Assembly: GCF_016433145.1 (NCBI RefSeq) | Contig: NC_058136.1 | Span: forward strand, 58,481,381-58,545,380 | Direction: 5' to 3' | Length of the DNA: 64,000 nucleotides | Source: Gracilinanus agilis | Lineage: Eukaryota | In this document: positions 37,926 through 50,313 of the stretch, one piece after another | Position numbering within the stretch: the first letter of the stretch is position 1 | How the letters are laid out: each line of letters opens with the position of its first letter | Notes under the pieces: model-generated | What the model saw: only the letters and a program-made list of their open reading frames with translations | Told to the model about the DNA's origin: nothing | Database searches by the model: none | Program-made: the position numbers and the translations under genes

Positions 37926-39929
37926 AATCTGAATCTCTTTTCCTAAGTGTTATGGAAAGAGGAGATTAGGTTCTGGCCAAAGGGCAGGGCTTAGGTGGGT
38001 TCTGTGGGAGAAGCCCTAAGCAGCCATGAGACAACAGGGTGACTCCAGGTAGCTGGAAGAGAGAAGGGCACAGAGAAAGAGACCAGAGAGGCCTTGAAGG
38101 CCAACCTCATTTCTGTCTCAGCTGTTCTCAGAGCCAGGCTTGATCAGGAGAGCACACTCCAGGCAATTCCCTGCCTTTCTAAGCTGTGAAGATGGCCCTC
38201 TGGAAAATGCCAAAGCTGAGAGTTGGCCGAGCCACTTCGCTCTCTGGCAATCTTCCCAGCCCATCGATCCGTCTCTTTGAATCACATAATTTCAACCCGC
38301 AAATGTCACAGACCAAGTTTGACAAACTCCTCTGGCCAGCGACAAGGAGGGGAGAGAGCGAGTCAAACCTCTGGGCCAGCCTGGTGAATTATTCTTAATC
38401 ATCTCGGAGGGATGGGGCTTGGCAGTAAAGGAGTGGAGCCAGCCACCTTCTTCCTTCTTGGCGGGGGGCCTCGCCTCAGAGAAAATGGAGTTCTACTTGC
38501 TACTCCTCTTACTCTGCCTTTTCGAGTAGCCAGGCTGGTTCCCTGCCCATTAAGCTATCAACTGGGCTGCTCCTGCTCCTCCAAGGGCCCTTTCTGTCTC
38601 CTGCCCCATCCTCAGCTTCAGCTGCTCAATGCAAACGGGAGCCCACAGGTGACACCAGCCTTCCAAAGAGCAGACCACGTACTTTGGCCTCATTGGGGTG
38701 GCTCTGGTAGCAACAGAGCCTTGTCGGGGTAGCCTTCCTAGCGTGACGAGTGCTCGTTTCTCAGACGTAGAGTGAGGGAGATCTGAGCAAATGTTTCAGA
38801 TGAGAACTTCCTAGCTGGGTGACCACAAGCAAATTGTTTCACCTTTCTGAGCCTTGGGTTCCCTATCTGTATAATGGGCTAACAAGAATACCTACCCGAG
38901 AAAATGTCAGCAAAGTGCCTTCGGCACCTCCAGAACACAACGGGAACTCTTTCTGCCCCAGGTCCTGTTCTTGCCGAATTGATGGTCTAGTGAGGAGCAA
39001 GGGGAGGGTGGAGAAGTCTATGTCAAGCCTGAACCTGCGTTTCCTCCCCTGTAAAATGAGGGGGTTGTTCTAGGTGGCCTCCGAGGTCCCCATTCAGCTC
39101 CCCATCGATGAAACCGCAAACCTTGGGTCCAAAGGGGAGGTCCAGGGCCAGTGGACAGGGGAAATCTAAGGCTAGAGCAATGGCATCCTCCTTGAGGGGA
39201 GGGGCATGACGGAGAAGCCCCCAATGTGGAGGTTGCATCCAAGTCGGTCTTTGAAGGAAGAAAAGAGTTCTGAAAGAGATGGCAATGGCCGGGAGACAGG
39301 AGGGAGCGTGCGTGCGGAGCTCAAGAAGGGAAAAGTCACCTAATTTTTCTGGAACGCCCAGTGCTCCAGGAAAAGTAGAGTGAGGGAAGGCCCAGTGGTA
39401 GGTTGCAGCCACACTGAAGGCTGCCAGAAGGGAGCCACCACAGGCTTTTGAGTAGAGGAGCAAAGAGCTCGAGGGGTCCCTTGGGGAGCTTACCTGGACC
39501 TTCACCTCACCAGTTTGCCCAAAGATGGAGCAGTCTGGAGAGAGAGACAGAAAGCCTCAAGGTGAGATGAGCCCTGAGTTCTGTTCCTGGCATCACCCTG
39601 TGATCTCACCTTCTCCAAACTCACTCGCCCTGTTGGGAGATGCTGGGCTTGGCCCATAGGAAGCCTTGGCTGATCCCCACTTCCCGTTCCGCCAATGGCC
39701 TTCTGCATATATTGTTTCTGTTTCTCACATCTTCTCTCCTTAGCAGTAGGACTTTGTCTCAGCGAGGACAGGTCCTGCCTTTGTACCTCCACATCTCTCA
39801 GGGTTCCTTTGAAGGACAGCTCAGGTGCGCCTCCTCCAGGAGGCCTTTTCTGATTCTCCTCACTCGCTCTGCCAGGTTGCTGGCACCGTCTCCCTCTTGG
39901 GGCATGACTTGTGTGCAATCGTCAGGCAT

Positions 39930-40160
39930 CTAGGCAGGGCAGTGGATAGAGCTCTGGGTAGTGTCAGGAAGAACTGAGTTCAAATCCTATCTTAGACACT
40001 TCCTACCTTTGTTTGCCTCAGTTTTTCCAACTATAAGATAGGTGCTGTTATTATGATTATTATTATCCCTATCTCTCAGGGTTGTTGTGAGACTACAATG
40101 AGATCATCATCGTAAAGCACTTAGCACAGTGCCTGGCACATAGTAGGTGTTTAACAACTG
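39930..40160 (+). mobile_element. MIR/CORE SINE
   Basis: Near-complete MIR. Confidence 0.85.
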
Positions 40161-41389
40161 ATAACTGTTGTGTTGTTGTTCCTCTCCCCAGTAGACTAGA
40201 AGCCCCTTGAGGGTGGAGACTTTTGGTCTTTGTAGCTCCCGTGCTTAATAGGGTGCTGTGCACATAGTAGGGGCTTTTCAATTGAATTGAGTTGGACTGA
40301 AAAAATCTCTAAGGGCCCTTCTGACTAAGCAGGGCAAGGGCTTCCTATGCAGATTGCAGAGACCAGATGGGCATGGCCCGGGCCAACTTCATACTCAGTA
40401 ACAGAGACCGCAGGAAGGGAGCTGGCAGGAAAGGGTCTGCGCTAAGCATGGATGGAGATGGGCCGAGGGGCAAACAAGTAGTTAGATTAAAGGAGAAAGT
40501 ATAATGTCCCTCCCCATCCTCCTGCCCTGTGGACATCTGACTAGGCAAATGCCTAGTTGCTCTCAGTGACATCTGCCTGTGCCATTAGCCTAATGGGCTC
40601 ACGAGATGCCTACAGGCAGCCCTTCCCATTTTGTCCACCCATCCTGTATCATTGTCATCCTCGTGGAGGAAGGGTACAAAGAATGAATAAAAGAATGAAT
40701 GAATGAATAAGTGAATTATGACATCCCACTTCACAAGTTGCCAACCCTGCCCCCTCCCCAATTAGATTCTGCTGCCTCACCAGAACTCCCATTAGCCATG
40801 ACTGTCCTATAGACACAGACACACACATAGACACGTGCCCAAAGAGAAATGGAGAGATTTCTGCTCCTGACAGCGAGAAGCCAGGGGGCTCTGGCGACAG
40901 ATACTGAGAGAAGGGAAGCCATCTGGTACAACAGGACCATTGCAGAACAATTATCTTAATCACCTAATTAGACAGTTCTCAGTGCCTCTCTGGCTGCCCA
41001 ACAAAGCTGACTGGTCTGAGGGGCAGCAGCTGCTCTACTCCCACCAGGACCCCAGGCCATGAGCTGGCCAGCTGGCTCGCCAAGATGGCACCCTGGGCCT
41101 TAGTTGTGAACTGGAAGGAAGCCCATGGCTCTAGAGATACGGCCTTCTTTCCCAAGCCACTCAAGTCAGAGAAAGAGGCCAGGTCTGCCTCGGGTCCTGA
41201 AGAACATCCTCCATCCCTTGGCCAATGTCATCTTTGGTGGTCCCAGCTCTCTCCCTCCTCCACTGATGTGTACCACATTCCCCACCCGCCTCCCGGACCA
41301 CCTGGCTGCATTGTGTACCCTTGCCAGCACCCTACCCTTCCCAGACAACATTCCCTCCTCTAGTCCTTGTCCATCCAAGCTTCCTGCCC

Positions 41390-41770
41390 CTGAATCCTTG
41401 GCACTCACTGTTTCCTAGGTGTCAGCCACTTAGACCTCAATGCATAAGGTCTACCATGGCTCACGATGACTTCATTTGTCATTACATTTTATCAGGGACC
41501 TTTTGGGGTCATCAGAGGGATGACTTCTTACTGGTAGGGTTTCAGGCATTAAAATATAGCCTGAAAAACTTTTCTACAAAATAAAAATTATTAAATGTTA
41601 AAAAAAAGAAAAATAAAATAAAATAAAATATAGCATGAGGAAAGAATGTAAAGTCCTGTGTTTGAGGTCCACAAAATCCAGACCACATGGGTTGCCACAC
41701 ACCAGTTCATGTAAAAAGGCCCTGGGGCTTTGAATAGAGTATAAGCCTAATAATAACAAGCAGGACTTGG
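41390..41770 (+). mobile_element. Probable L3/CR1 RT fragment with an A-rich insertion
   Basis: aatgtaaagtcctgtgtttgagg...gttcatgtaaaaaggcctggggc resembles CR1 KCKVLHLG...EKDLGV. Confidence 0.45.
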
Positions 41771-42044
41771 CTTTTTTACAAGTTGTCCCTTTGGGGAAAT
41801 ATTCTATAGCCCCAGAAAGTCCCTGGGCAAAGAAATTTGCTCACAGGCTCTATTCATAGGAGAACAAGACTAGGGATCGTCCCTCGATCAATCAATCAGT
41901 AAGTGAGCAAGCAGTTCATTAAGAGGGAGTGAGGCTGACGACTTTGTGAAACTCTGGTCCACTTCAGCCCAGTTCATGCAGGAGTCCACCTCCCCACCAG
42001 TGAGGCCATTTTTGGTCCTCCTCACGTAGGAAGAACAACCTCCA

Positions 42045-42760
42045 TGAAGCACCTACTATGAGCCAGGCACTGTGTGGATGCTGGGGAGACAAGTACAAAG
42101 AAGAAAATAATTCCTTCTCACAAAAGGCTTCCATTCAGAGGAAGACAAGTAGATAACAAAATTATGTACAGTGTAAATATAAGCAAATAAAGATCGATCT
42201 GTACAAAGTGGTCAAATCCAAGGTTGACTGCGAGAGAGGGCACTAGCAGTTGGGGAAAATGAGGAAAGGTCTCCTATAGAAGAGAGTGTTTGAGCTGCCT
42301 TTTAAAGGAAGACGAGGACTCGGAAGCGAGGGCGAGCAAGGAATGCATCCTAAGCAGGGAGCCTGCCAATACAAAGCCAAATAGGCTGGCTTGCAGAATG
42401 GAAAGGATGGGGCCAGGTCCTGTCGAACTTTAAAGCCTAAACCCAGCAGTTTGGATCCTGAAGGCAACAGGAAGTCAGCGGAGTTGACCGAGTCGAGGAC
42501 ACGTGGTCAGGTCCACACTTTAGAAAAATCACTTTGGCAGCTAGGATGAACTAGAGTGGGGTAGGTGGGACTTGCTTGATCAAGGCGCAGGGAGACCAGT
42601 TAAGAGGCTGCTACAGTCATTTAGACAAGAGGCGATGTGAGTGCCAGGCCTAAGGCGGTAGCTGTGGGAGTGGAGAGGAGTCAGATGTGAGATTTGGTGA
42701 TGGGATCTGTGCATTATGGGAGAGTGAGGAAACAAGGATGACACTGAGATTGGGAGCTTG
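42045..42760 (-). mobile_element. L2 LINE remnant
   Basis: agcacctactatgagccaggcactgtg...gatcaaggcgcagggagaccagttaagaggctgct. Other L2 pieces lie at about 3860, 4370, 13215, 31760, 46430 and 48330. Confidence 0.7.
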
Positions 42761-42945
42761 GAGCTGGTGGGCCATGTTTTCCCTTGTATCCTTGGAGACC
42801 AGAACAAGGATTAACCTTGTAGACACCGAGGAAAGCTTTCTTGTACGTACTGAAATTGGCACCATTAAATGCTCTGTGGCTTTGGCTGAGATCTACCCGA
42901 CGGTTTTCCCTTGTGTACACTTGTGTTCGTTTCATGGCTCTACAT

Positions 42946-43138
42946 CAGTGATTCCCAAAGTGGGCGCCACCGCCCCCTGGTGGGTGCTGCAGTGATGCAG
43001 GGGGGCGGTGATGGCCACAGGTGCATTGATCTTTCCTATTCATTGCTATTAAAAATTTTTTTTAATTAACTTCCAGGGGGCTAAGGAATATTTTTTCTGG
43101 AAAGGGGGTGGGAGGCCAAAAAAGTTTGGGAACCACTG
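42946..43138. mobile_element. hAT-type MITE
   Basis: TIRs cagtgattcccaaagt / agtttgggaaccactg; 8-bp flanks ctctacat / agctacat (6/8 match). Confidence 0.85.
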
Positions 43139-43641
43139 AGCTACATCAAGCAGAGTCTCCAAGCCATAGCTCCTTGCTTTCCTGAGCTTTCACCTTGGTT
43201 CCCGGGTTTGGGTGAAAGGAAACCTAGGACTGGAATAAAGAGATGCTATTTGTCTTTCTCCCTCTTTCCTATTTTCATGCATGGAAAGATGAGCTAGATA
43301 TTTTGTACTGAAAACATGCCTGGGATTTTTCAGCCCAGAGACCCTTCGGTACCATGGAAAGATCCTGGAATCCGAGGATCCGGGACCTAATCCTGCCTCT
43401 GCCACTTACTAGCTATTGAACCCTAGGCAAGTCCTCGGTTTCCTTCTCTGTAAAATGAAGGCAGTGGCCTAGATGGCCTCCTAGGTTCCTTTCACCTATA
43501 ACTTCGATCTTGTATGGTGTGAGTGACCAGCCGGCTTACAGATATTCCCTCCCCTCCGTGCCTGTACCACTCCTCCCCGGGTCGTTTGAGGTCCAGAGGT
43601 TCTTTGTTCCATGTCTGTTCTCCTTTTCTCCCCCCTCCCAG

Positions 43642-44196
<555 letters not shown>

Positions 44197-45039
44197 TGAG
44201 GCTGGCTTAGCCTCCTTTCCCAGAAGCTTGTCCAGCCAACCGTGAGCACAACCTGGAACTAAAGAAATGAGGCTCTAGGGAGGAAGCCAGTCAGAGGGTG
44301 GGGGAAGGGAACCAGGCCTTGTCCCTTTCCTGGTTCCCTAAAATCCTTCCTTGGGAGAGGGGGGAACCTGTGGTCTGTGGGGTGGACTCAGCAGCCTGGG
44401 AGAATCCATTTATCTCTTACATCAGGTTCTCAGTCTTTCATTGGCTTCCTGCTTGGTAAACTTAGGAAAAATTCTGGATCAAAAGTTAAGCAACTGAAGT
44501 TACAACCAACCTGTCCCATCTCGCCCACGTTAGGAGCCATCGAGGGCATCTTGCTTTGGGAGAGAGGTTTTGGCAGTCATTAGGGGAGAAAGCAGTGGCG
44601 TCTAGGAGAAGGTCTAATGATGGGCTGAACCATGCTAATTATGTCACCGAGACCTGGGTTCAAGTACTGCCACTGCCACTAACTGGCTATGTGACCTTAA
44701 GCAAGTCACTTCCCCATTCAGCCTCAGTTTCCTCATCTATCAAATGGGGATGATTCCTGTCTTGTATTCCCCACCCAAGGGATTCAGAGGATTAAATGAG
44801 CTCCGGAATGGGAAACGACTTTGAAAACTGTAAAGAAGCCCATCAATGGCTATTAGTTAGTGGTGATCCAGGACCCATCACTTAATCTGAACCCCATTTT
44901 CTCCATCTGCAAAAGTGAAGTAATCATCCTTGGCCCCATAGCCCTCACAGGGATGTTATGAGGATGAGGAAAGGTGAAAGCTGTGACTGGTCCCTAGATG
45001 ATGGGAATGTGGGCCATGGGAAGAGAGGCCCAGCTTCCA

Positions 45040-45470
45040 GAAACAAGGTGATTGGACGCCACATCTCGAGGATTTGGTTTAGTTCTGGGTACCACAGCTT
45101 AGGAAAAACAATATAAATTGTAAAACGTTCAGTGGATGGCAACTAGGCTAGTGAAGGGCCTTGAAGCCACACATGAGAATCAATGAAGAAAGGGGGAATG
45201 ATTAAGCCGAAACCAAGAGAACTGGGGTCGGGGAACACGAGGGGACATGAGGGCTAATTGCAAATGTTTGAAGAATTTTCACAGGGCAAAGGGATTCTGC
45301 TGGGGTCCAGAGAGCAGATCTCTGAACAAGAGGAGTGGGTTGCAGAGAGGCAGATTGTCAAGAAAACCTTCCAAAAAGTGAGAGCCATCCCACAGTGGAA
45401 TGGACTCCCCTTTGCCTGGGCCTTCAAGCAAAGGCATGTTGGAGAGGGCTGTTCGGTATGGCTTGAATCA
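45040..45470 (+). mobile_element. L3/CR1 3' fragments
   Basis: ccacatctcgaggatttggtttagttctgggtaccacag and the 3'-end-like gagagccatcccacagtggaatggactcccc. Confidence 0.6.
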
Positions 45471-45716
45471 ACCACTGACAGTGAAATTCACTAACAAAGG
45501 CCAAACGTTAGGTGGCAAAGGCCTTTGGGCCCAGAAATGAACCAGTGACAGTCTAATCAGACCTCTTCATCTTATGGTCAAGGAAACTACAGTCCAAGAG
45601 GAGAAAGGACTTGCCCAAAGCCACACTGGTTTGGAATTGTTTTTCTCAGCATTTCTTAGTGGGTCTAGTTTCCTGCTGTGGGACACTTCTCTGAGCAAGG
45701 GCAGTCAGTTGGCCAC

Positions 45717-46245
45717 NNNNNNNNNNNNNNNNNNNNNNNNNNNNNNNNNNNNNNNNNNNNNNNNNNNNNNNNNNNNNNNNNNNNNNNNNNNNNNNNNNNN
45801 NNNNNNNNNNNNNNNNNNNNNNNNNNNNNNNNNNNNNNNNNNNNNNNNNNNNNNNNNNNNNNNNNNNNNNNNNNNNNNNNNNNNNNNNNNNNNNNNNNNN
45901 NNNNNNNNNNNNNNNNNNNNNNNNNNNNNNNNNNNNNNNNNNNNNNNNNNNNNNNNNNNNNNNNNNNNNNNNNNNNNNNNNNNNNNNNNNNNNNNNNNNN
46001 NNNNNNNNNNNNNNNNNNNNNNNNNNNNNNNNNNNNNNNNNNNNNNNNNNNNNNNNNNNNNNNNNNNNNNNNNNNNNNNNNNNNNNNNNNNNNNNNNNNN
46101 NNNNNNNNNNNNNNNNNNNNNNNNNNNNNNNNNNNNNNNNNNNNNNNNNNNNNNNNNNNNNNNNNNNNNNNNNNNNNNNNNNNNNNNNNNNNNNNNNNNN
46201 NNNNNNNNNNNNNNNNNNNNNNNNNNNNNNNNNNNNNNNNNNNNN
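45717..46245. other. Assembly gap (N run)
   Basis: 529 N. Confidence 0.99.
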
Positions 46246-46320
46246 TCTCTCTCTCTCCCTCCCCCCTCTCTCTTTCATTCTCTCTCTCACTCCCACTTTT
46301 CCTCTCTCCCTCCTGCACTT
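46246..46320 (+). repeat. Imperfect (CT)n polypyrimidine tract flanking the gap
   Basis: Read directly from the sequence. Confidence 0.85.
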
Positions 46321-47869
46321 ACCACTCACTTGCTTTGCATCCTTCTGCAGGGGTAGCAGCTCTTTCCCTACCCTACCATAGCTGGCTCCCTCGTCTGAGC
46401 AGTGGCCTTGGTCTTTGGGGTCAGTATTCAGGAAGTATCTCTTAGGTGCCCTGCACGGCGGTAGGCGCTGGCGATACAAAGTCAAGATCACTGGTCCCTG
46501 CCCTCAAGAATCCGACATTCTGTTGAGTTTGCTCAATCCCAGTAGCCTTTAGACACTTCTCTAAGGAGGCCAGCATTGCCCGCCTCCCCCACCCACCCAC
46601 CCTGGGTTCTCTAGAGTCTGCCATCCTTACTCATTTGTCCATGACAGATGGCTCCCAACGCACACTGACTTCCCTGATGTGCTAGCAAAGCTGTCTCAAC
46701 ACCTCCACTGAGTGAGGCTTGATTCTGTTTAGGAATGGCAGAGAGTTTGCCAATGAACAGCGGGGCTGGCCCCAGGGCTAAGGCACTCAGGTACTTCTCT
46801 TGGCATAATGCTGAGCCCATGGTGGAAAGATGACATGGGTTGGGGACAGGCCTCTAGAGACCACCCTCAGCAGGCTGGATTTACTGTGGGGAGAAAATAG
46901 ACAAGTAGACCTGTGTTCATTTCCTTCTGACAATCCATCTCCCGAAGTAGGCAATTTAGGGACGTTCCCCACCCCCTGGTTACAGATGAGGAAACGGGCT
47001 CACAGAAGGGAACGTCTCCCTCCTCTGGCCAGTCCATTGCTCCCCCAAAGCCAGCCTGGAGCTGGGACAGTGAAGTCCAACTGAGAGCACTCCAGAGGTG
47101 CCATGGCAGAGGGAGATGGGCATTTTGCCATTCAGCGGGTCCTGCCTCCCTGAAAATGTGGTGGTCCCCCTCGCCGGGCCTGCCGCACCAATCAAGCCAC
47201 TACGGAGCTAACTGGCCATTTGGCTCTGCAAGGTCATCGAGAAGAGCTCCTGTGTGCTCCCCAAGAGCTAGAGGGCCGCACTTCTCCAAGCACTTGGCTG
47301 GTCTCTCTCAGGAGGGGCCCAGCTAAGTGCAACTGGATCCTTCTCCCCCGTGGATGGCCGTTGTGTCCACCGTAACCCTTTCTCAAGCCTTTTCCCATTT
47401 GTACTTCACACCAGCCACCAAGCGTGGGATGTGAGCTCCTTAAAGGCCAGGCCCTCAGCCCAAGCATGTACTTCCCACAAAAGGCATGTATTGAATTGGG
47501 GAAAGCAGGGCACCAATCATCCCCACCCAACGGATGAGGAAAACAGGGCGCTAAGAGGTCGTGACTCCCCACAATATTGGAACCATGCCTGGGACCCAGG
47601 GCTTCAGAGCTCAAGTCCTTTTCTCACTGTGTCTGGGTAGGTAGCCTGCCCTGAGCCTCCAGCAGTGGGAGGGACCTAGGAACGACCTCTTCCTGGCTTC
47701 GGTACCTTTGCCCAAGCTCTTAGATCTCTGATTTCAAGTCAACTTTCAAAGGACAGCACAAGTCCTCCTCTAGGAAGCCCTCCCAGATTGCTTCAGCCTT
47801 TGCAGATGATTTCCTCCCCTTTGGTGTTCTTCCAGAGTTCCTAATCTCTCTGTATCAAAAGACCAATCA

Positions 47870-48060
47870 CTGGAATGTAGATTTTGTCCCAGAAGGGCCC
47901 TTGAAGGCCATCAGATCCCACTCCTTCAGTATATAGATGAGGAAACTGAGGCAGGCAGAGGTGAAATGACTTGCCCGGGGTCACACAGCTAGGGAATGTC
48001 TGAGGCCAGATGGAACCCAGGTCTTCCTGACTCTGAGACCAGAATTCTAGCCACGGCCAC
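47870..48060 (-). mobile_element. MIR/MAR1-type SINE
   Basis: agatgaggaaactgaggcaggcagaggtgaaatgacttgcccggggtcacacagctag. Further MIR fragments lie at about 13770, 15215, 25250, 27640, 33065, 33770, 34255, 38990, 43340, 44640, 48085, 51780, 53480, 53780 and 58455. Confidence 0.85.
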
Positions 48061-49799
48061 CATGATGTATGAGGGAAACATAGCGCAGTGGTCAGAGCAC
48101 TGACTTTGGAATCGGACATCCTAGTTTGGGTCCATGCTCTGCTGGCTGTGATCTTGGATGAGTCACGGAGCCTTTCTGCTCCTCAGTTTCTTCATCTGAA
48201 CCAAGAACACTATTTCAACCTCGAAGTGAGCTGCGATTCTGGGAGGAGTTTTGTGAGGTGATCTCTAAGCACCTCCCAGCTTAAGATCTTGCTTGACAAT
48301 CCATTAAGGTACTCTATTTTACTCACCAATCCAATCCACCAAGCATTTATCGAGTGCCTACTGTTTGCCAGGCTCCAGGGATTCAAAGGCAAGTAGGGAG
48401 TGGGGAGGCAACATGTACACAGATATTTAAATAGTAAATAAAAAGCAGTTCGAGGAGTCGGAGCATGGGCATCCTCAGAGACCTTGGGTAGGAGATGGCT
48501 GAGCCTTGAAGGGAGCTAGGAGGGAGAAGGGAGGGCATGCCAGGCATGAGGCAGAGGTCCACCTTAGCAAAGGCATGGAGGTGGGACTTGAAGCAGCATC
48601 TTAAGGACAAGGGAGCCAGCTTGCCTATAGAACAGAAAGTGTCTGATGAAAAGGAACGTGGCATCAGTTTGGAGCCAGGTCGGGAGGAATAGGAGCAGCC
48701 CCTGAAGCTTTGGGAGCAGGAGAGTGACGTGGTCAGACTCACACTTCAGGAGCGCAGGGCTCAGGGCTTATCCTTCTGTAGCCCTCACAGGACTCCGCTT
48801 ACCCCGTGTGCCTTACTGGCGCACGAGCGCCTAGTCAACGTCAGCTGCTTGCCCTACTAAGAAGGACCGGGCAGCCGTTGCCAGCCATCCCAGGGCTGGG
48901 CTCATGCCTCCTAGAAGGGATGGAGGTGCCCTGGGAAGTCACCAGGCCCCAAGCCATGGGCGGCAGGAGGAAGTAAGGAGGGAAGAGCAAAGCGGGCCGA
49001 GAGCACGAGCGAGCGTAGTCATGGTCAGGACGGGCTCTTCTTGGCTTGCCAGAAATGCAGCTGCGATGTCCAAGCTGAGAAGTAAGAAGCGGTATCAGAG
49101 GGAGGAGAAGCAGAGGGGGGGCCTCACTCCATTCTCTTTCCACAAAGCGAGAGGGGGAAACAGAGGACTAAACACAGGAGCTCCCCAAAACATTTGTGGA
49201 CCGTTGCTGGGACTCGGCCTGGAGCCGGGGCCTCGTTGGCCATGGGAAGATCCTGCTGCCACTGACTGATGCTGACCCCGTGAACAATGAGTCCGGGGAG
49301 GTCTAATCATGGATGCAACTTAAGCTCCTTTTCTTGTCGTGGCATTTCATCTTGGCCATTGTGGCTCGCTCATCTCAGCGTGCGCCGGGAAGGCCGGCGT
49401 GCTCGCCATTTGTTCATTCGCTTGTTCGTTTGTTGGAGGGCTCCTGACGTGGTAGAGCCATGCTCAGAGAGGACATACGCCTTCCCAGAGCTGCCCAGGC
49501 TGGGGCCACCCCCCAAAGCCAATCCTGGAAAGCTCTGAGGCAGAACTTGGCCAATGGGACCCCCAGTAGGAATCCCTCATAGGGATGCTGCCCTGGAAGA
49601 AACAAAAGGCAGCTTCTCGTCACCATTGCGGCTGTAGGATCATAGACTCGGAGCCAGCAGGGCCTCAAAGGTCATCCTGTCCAACCTCATGTCAAGACTC
49701 AGGTTAGAGACCTAGAAGACCTAAAGAAATGCCTCTTCCGGAGTCACCCAGCAGTCTGGATTTGAACCCAAACCTTTTCAGTCTAAACCCAGTATTTTT

Positions 49800-49974
49800 T
49801 AAACCCTTAACTTCTGTGTATTGGCTCCTAGGTGGAAGAGTGGTAAGGGTGGGCAATGGGGGTGAAGGGACTTGCCCAGGGTCACACAGCTGGGAAGTGT
49901 CTGAGGCCGGATTTGAACCCAGGACCTCCCAACTCTAGGCCTGGCTCTCCATCCACTGAGCTACCCAGCTGCCC
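49800..49974 (-). mobile_element. Young SINE1_Mdo-type SINE (intronic)
   Basis: Antisense copy; 16-bp TSD taaacccagtattttt. Confidence 0.93.
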
Positions 49975-50264
49975 TAAACCCAGTATTTTTGTCCACTATA
50001 CCACACTGGCTTCATAGAAGGGTTTTAAAAGAGTTAAGGCTCAAAGCTGGGGCTGAGCAGATACGGCAGGAATACTCAGGGAGCCAGAACCAAAGCCTAA
50101 GAAGGTCCCCCCTGCTGCCCACAACCGGGGTACTGCCAGCATAACAGGCTGTTTCTCTTCTCATCGGCATGCTAAAAGGGCCCCTGCACATGGCCAGGTG
50201 TGTGCCACGGGGCCCACAGCAAGCAGGCAGCATCCACAAGGTGCATCGTTGGTAAGTGATGGAC

Positions 50265-50266
<2 letters not shown>

Positions 50267-50310
<44 letters not shown>
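50267..50310 (+). repeat. (AC)22 microsatellite
   Basis: Read directly from the sequence. Confidence 0.97.

Positions 50311-50313
<3 letters not shown>

Noticed and set aside
45574-46491. ORFs spanning N runs (also 25002-25343)
   Set aside because: Artefacts of the assembly gaps.
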